DNA of 64,000 nucleotides from Selaginella moellendorffii (Eukaryota; Plantae; Lycopodiophyta): NCBI RefSeq assembly GCF_000143415.4, contig NW_003314290.1, positions 1,284,932 to 1,348,931 of the forward strand, read 5' to 3'. Shown piece by piece: positions 61,987 to 64,000 of this stretch (position 1 is its first letter; each line of letters starts with the position of its first letter). The notes under the pieces were generated by a model. It saw only the letters and a program-made list of their open reading frames with translations, ran no database searches and was not told where the DNA came from. The position numbers and the translations under genes were made by a program.

Positions 61987-63464
61987 ATGGCCTCGGCGAC
62001 TTCCATCGGTGCTAGATCCGTGTGCTGGTCCTCGGAGGAACTACTTGCTGGGAGATCGTCATGGAGCCTTGGAAGCACCAGTAGAGTGAGCTTTCTCAGC
62101 AGAAATCCTCCAAAGGCTATGGCTCTCAACCTCAAGAAGAAGAACGCAAAGTTCTTCCTCCAAATTCGAGCTGTGTCTTCCACTCCAACCATAGCTGAGG
62201 ACACTCCCTCGTCTCCAGCATCGACAAGTAAGACGACAACTTTTGCTCTCTTTTTTTTCTAGATATTTTTCCAGTTCACTGTTCATGGAGGTCTTAAACA
62301 ACAACTCTTCCGACTTAACTTACGGTGTGTGTTGTGGTCAGGCGAATCTGCATTGATCCTCATCCGACATGGTGAATCGCTGTGGAACCAGAAGAATCTT
62401 TTCACGGGATGTGTAGACGTTCCACTTTCTCGTGAAGGTGTCGAAGAGGCAATTGAAGCAGGCAAGAGAATTTCCAATTTGCCAGTTGATGTGATCTTTA
62501 CGTCCGCTTTGATTCGAGCTCAAATGACCGCCATGCTTGCCATGACTCAGCACCGCATGAAGAAGGTAAAAAAAAAAAAGAAAGAGTTCTTGAGTTTTGT
62601 TTTTTGTTTTTCTCTTTTCTCAAAAAATATTTCTTTTCTTTTGTTTTAGGTGCCCGTGATTTTGCACAATGAAAGCAGCCGAGCAAAATCCTGGAGCACC
62701 GTATTCAGCTCGAAGACGAAGAACGAAACGATTCCAGTTTTTACTGCCTGGGAGCTCAACGAAAGAATGTGAGTACTTGTCTCTTTTTTCAAGCCGATAG
62801 TTCTCATTGAAGCAAAGCGTCCAGGTATGGCGAGCTCCAGGGACTAAACAAGAAAGAGACCGCCGAGAAGTATGGCGTCCAAAAGGTCCAGGAATGGAGA
62901 CGGAGCTACGACATTCCTCCTCCAAACGGAGAGAGTTTGGCTATGTGCGCTGAGAGAGCCGTGGACTATTTTTGCAGAGAGGTATTTCTAAAACTTTCCC
63001 AGCGAAAAATTCAATCTTTTTTCTTTTCTCTCTCGCAGATCGAACCACAGCTTTCCAGTGGCAAGAACGTTTTGATCGCTGCGCATGGAAATTCTCTACG
63101 ATCGATCATCATGTATCTCGACAGCCTTACACCACAAGAGGTAGAAAGTTTTAATCCGTTTGGCTAGAAAATTCTCAGGCATTTTTTTACTCAAGGTGAT
63201 TGAACTTGAGCTTTCGACTGGAGTCCCAATGCTCTACGTGTTCAAGGACGGCAAATTTTTGCGGCGTGGAAGTCCCATAAGCCCCGATTCCACTGGTCCA
63301 TACGCATTTACTCCAGTAAGTAATTCTGTTTCTCATTTTCTGCGATGGAAGTTGGTAATTGCCAATTTTGTTTCCAGGATTTGGCACTGTATCGTGAGAG
63401 GCTGGACAAAATGCTAGAGCAAGAGACGAAAACCATGGAAGAGATCGCAGAGTCAGAAAATTGA
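61987..63464 (+). CDS. gpmA: 2,3-bisphosphoglycerate-dependent phosphoglycerate mutase-like protein with plastid transit peptide, multi-exon
   Basis: Ser-rich transit peptide; LILIRHGESLWNQKNLFTGCVDVPLS, TSALIRAQMT, AWELNERMYGELQGLNK, WRRSYDIPPPNGESL, NVLIAAHGNSLRSII, ELSTGVP; stop at 63462-63464. Confidence 0.93.
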
Positions 63465-64000
63465 GCTACTGTGTAAAAAGATTTCATCCAATTTTCAATG
63501 GTAGCTTCCCGTTTGATCAAATAAAAATTAAGGGTTCGTGGTTATTAATCCCTCTGCCGCAAAACTTTAAAAAGATATTTATTTGCTTGACAGCAAACCA
63601 AAATCGAATAAAACAGTTTTTTCTTAGAAAAAAATTGTATATTCCAAGAAGAAAATACATTTCTACACCCTAGAAAGAATATTCGAGAGACTGTCAAGGG
63701 TCAAAGCGGTGCCCTTGGTGTGATCCTCTTGCGATCATTTCTCTAACATCTACCACCTCCGGGAAAAAGAATGAAAAAATCGATCAAGCTCCCTGCTTGC
63801 AAGCCTGACCGTCTCGATCAATCAAAAATCTCTCCACCATCTGGATCAGTCGAAACACTCCGCCAGTTCCACATCGTTGCTTTCCACCATCCCGGCCAAA
63901 TCCTGGAAAGATCCAGCATTTGTCCTCAAGCCCGCGAAACTCCTGTGCTTGCAAAGCCTGGGAGCCGGATCCACCGGAAGGCTCGCCGCTGGGATGCAAG

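Noticed and set aside
63700-64000. 3' end of a minus-strand gene at the window edge
   Set aside because: Two plausible frames, no recognisable motif, and truncated by the window.

Overview
Eukaryotic plant nuclear DNA with very short introns (about 45-140 nt), tight gene packing, a PLS-class PPR gene and plant Ty3/gypsy elements; this architecture suggests a lycophyte such as Selaginella (inference). Conserved genes: ILR1-like IAA-amino acid hydrolase, PsaO, a SOS2/CIPK24-like kinase, SFT2/Got1, a plastid-type dPGM, and a divergent intronless eRF1 with one in-frame UGA-CGG. The middle of the window is TE-rich. It holds copies of a short-LTR, tRNA-Ala-primed Ty3/gypsy family, a nested chromovirus with TSD, stacked solo LTRs, and a 1.7-kb fold-back (Mutator-like) element with a 9-bp TSD. 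A decayed segmental duplication has kept an intact second copy of an unannotated small secreted-peptide gene. The most striking locus is an intact head-to-head pair isolated in AT-rich/TE DNA: a 1035-aa TPR-CHAT caspase-like protease and a 604-aa membrane-anchored DUF900-type alpha/beta-hydrolase with an acidic inserted loop. It resembles bacterial protease-effector defence modules. Exon boundaries were assigned by eye from GT-AG sites and frame continuity; no database searches were run.
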